Assembly: GCF_035594765.1 (NCBI RefSeq)
Contig: NC_085846.1
Coordinates: 14,123,190 to 14,187,189, forward strand
Reading direction: 5' to 3'
DNA from: Anolis carolinensis
Lineage: Eukaryota
DNA length: 64,000 nt
A program made the position numbers and the translations under genes. The notes beneath the pieces are model-generated. The model did not search any database. It saw only the letters and a program-made list of their open reading frames with translations, and was not told the origin of the DNA. Every line of letters starts with the position of its first letter. The first letter of the stretch is position 1. This document shows positions 62,316-64,000 of the stretch, piece after piece.

Positions 62316-62650
62316 AGGGCAGTAAATAAAGAACAACACTCTGAAAACAGAGGAATCCCAGACATGAAACAACCAGGGCCAGCTAACACCTCTCAACAAT
62401 GGATTCCCCCAGGTAGCCAGGCCTTGAAGCTGCAAGGTCATTCAATGCTAATTACAACATTCACACTTGCCTCCAGCAGACAAGAGTTCTTTCTCCCACC
62501 CTGGACCTTTCAGAGTTATATAAACCCAACTTGCCTAGTTTCCAACAGACCTCACAACCGCTGACGATGCCTCCCATAGGTGTGGGCGAAACGTCAGGAG
62601 AGAATGCTTCTAGAACATAGCCATACAGCTCGGAAAACTCACAGCAACCC
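62316..62650 (+). mobile_element. Penelope-like 3' repeat with a hammerhead motif (62561-62598)
   Basis: CTGACGA-tgcctcccataggtgtgggc-GAAA-cgTC^agg; ends ggaaaactcacagcaaccc. Confidence 0.8.
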
Positions 62651-62879
62651 ATCTATATTTTCTGGAAATGGTTAATTCATGGAGGGGGGGGGGACAATGA
62701 GACCGAATATGAATTAAACAAGCCAATGAAATAAAATACTGAATGCTTTTGGGATAATGGAAACATGAATTTTACATTAACTTAATGTCCCCTTTTCCAC
62801 TCCTTCCTCCACGTGGTGGACAGGCTCTCCCCTTTGTGTCCATCTTTCTCCCAAACAAGGAGACCAAAAGCAACTAAAG

Positions 62880-63405
62880 GGCGTTTGGCTGAAAAGCCCC
62901 AGTCCCGGAACCAATCACAAAAGGGTTCGCTTTCTCTATTGTCAACATAACACAATGCAGGGAGGAGCCAAGAGCGTGCGACACTTGGGCAGGGGAAGTG
63001 ACGTAGGAGGAAGAACCCGAACATCTCCGGAAAAAGCCGAAGACGTCTTACAGGTTGAGCTCAAACGAGGGGGAGTGACCGCGAGGACGAGAATCGTGAG
63101 AGGAGGTTCTCCCGAGAGTAGCCGAGCGTTTCCGTCAGCACACGAACCTCTCCGGGAAAAAGCCGAAGGTTCAATACGGGCTTCGCTGCAACGGGACTGG
63201 CCCAGACAGACAAGCGCCTGAGAGGACGCTTCCCCCCCCCACCCGAGCGCTTTTCCGAAAGTAGCCGAGCATTTCCGCGAACACCCGAAGCCCGCGCCGG
63301 AAGTTGCCGAACTCAAGGAAAGGCGCCTTTGCGGCCTACTGCGTGAGGCGGCGGTGAAGCAAGCGACAGAAAAGCCAGACCGGGCTTGAGTCTTTTTCCG
63401 TCGCC
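62880..63405 (+). promoter_or_regulatory. U2AF2: U2AF2 CpG-island promoter/5' UTR
   Basis: CCAATCA at 62911, GGAAGTGACGT (ETS-CRE) near 62994, CCGGAAGT at 63297. Confidence 0.75.
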
Positions 63406-63454
63406 ATGTCCGATTTCGACGAGTTCGAGCGGCAGCTTAACGAAAACAAACAAG
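63406..63454 (+). CDS. U2AF2: U2AF2 (U2AF65) coding exon 1; gene continues beyond the window
   Basis: MSDFDEFERQLNENKQ followed by aag|GTGAGT; follows CCDC106 as in mammals. Confidence 0.95.
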
Positions 63455-64000
63455 GTGAGTGGGTGAACGAGAGAGAAAGCGGTGGCCTGGCCTGGGCGTG
63501 AGGGCATTGAAATCCCGCCTGCTTCGGACGCGCCCCCCTTGGTGAGAATGGAAGGGCCCGTTTACCTGAGGCGGACGCGGCGGGCGCAACCATATGCCTG
63601 GGCCTATGGGAGGATTGGTCTCCTTGTTGGCCAACTTCTTCCTCCTCTTTCGCCTGATTTGGCGGGAGGCGATTGGGGCGAGCGAGGGAAGCATGGCCGT
63701 TGGTGGCTTTGCGCGCGCGCCTTTAACGGAGCGGGAGAACGGAGGAGGGGAGGCCTGCCTGGCGCCATCGCTCGCTCCCGTAGCGCCCTTTCTTTACTCT
63801 CTGGGGCCTTCCTTGCTCATAAAAGAACAGGGACAGGCGGCGAAAGGAGTAGGGCCTTCACCGAGCTGACTGGGAGGCCACGAGGGCCGTCCAGCTCAAT
63901 CCCACTCTGCGGGAGCACTCCACCAAAGCACTACCGACAGATGGACATGTGCTTAATAATAATAATAATAACAACAACTACTACTTTATTCTTATATTCC

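Overview
Vertebrate genomic DNA from a squamate reptile, most likely an Anolis lizard (Sauria SINEs, Penelope-like elements, R4/Dong, L1, L2, CR1, many hAT/Tc1/Harbinger MITEs). The gene block resembles human 19q13.42. In order: ZNF524-like (+), ZNF865 (+), ZNF784-like (-), ZNF581-like (-), CCDC106 (+, 5 coding exons) and coding exon 1 of U2AF2 (+). Gene names come from recalled protein sequences, not a database search. Main observations: (1) a ~2.7-3.6 kb block holding the ZNF865 promoter/exon 1 is duplicated directly in front of an N-terminally short ZNF524 finger ORF, suggesting promoter capture; (2) a third partial copy of that block in the ZNF784 intron looks like a Penelope-mediated transduction; (3) Penelope repeats carry minimal type I hammerhead ribozyme motifs, including a same-strand tandem pair and a head-to-head pair; (4) Penelope copies repeatedly sit in the centres of palindromic MITEs; (5) ZNF784 has a duplicated three-finger module; (6) CCDC106 has a stop-loss C-terminal extension. 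Repeat boundaries are approximate unless a TSD is given.
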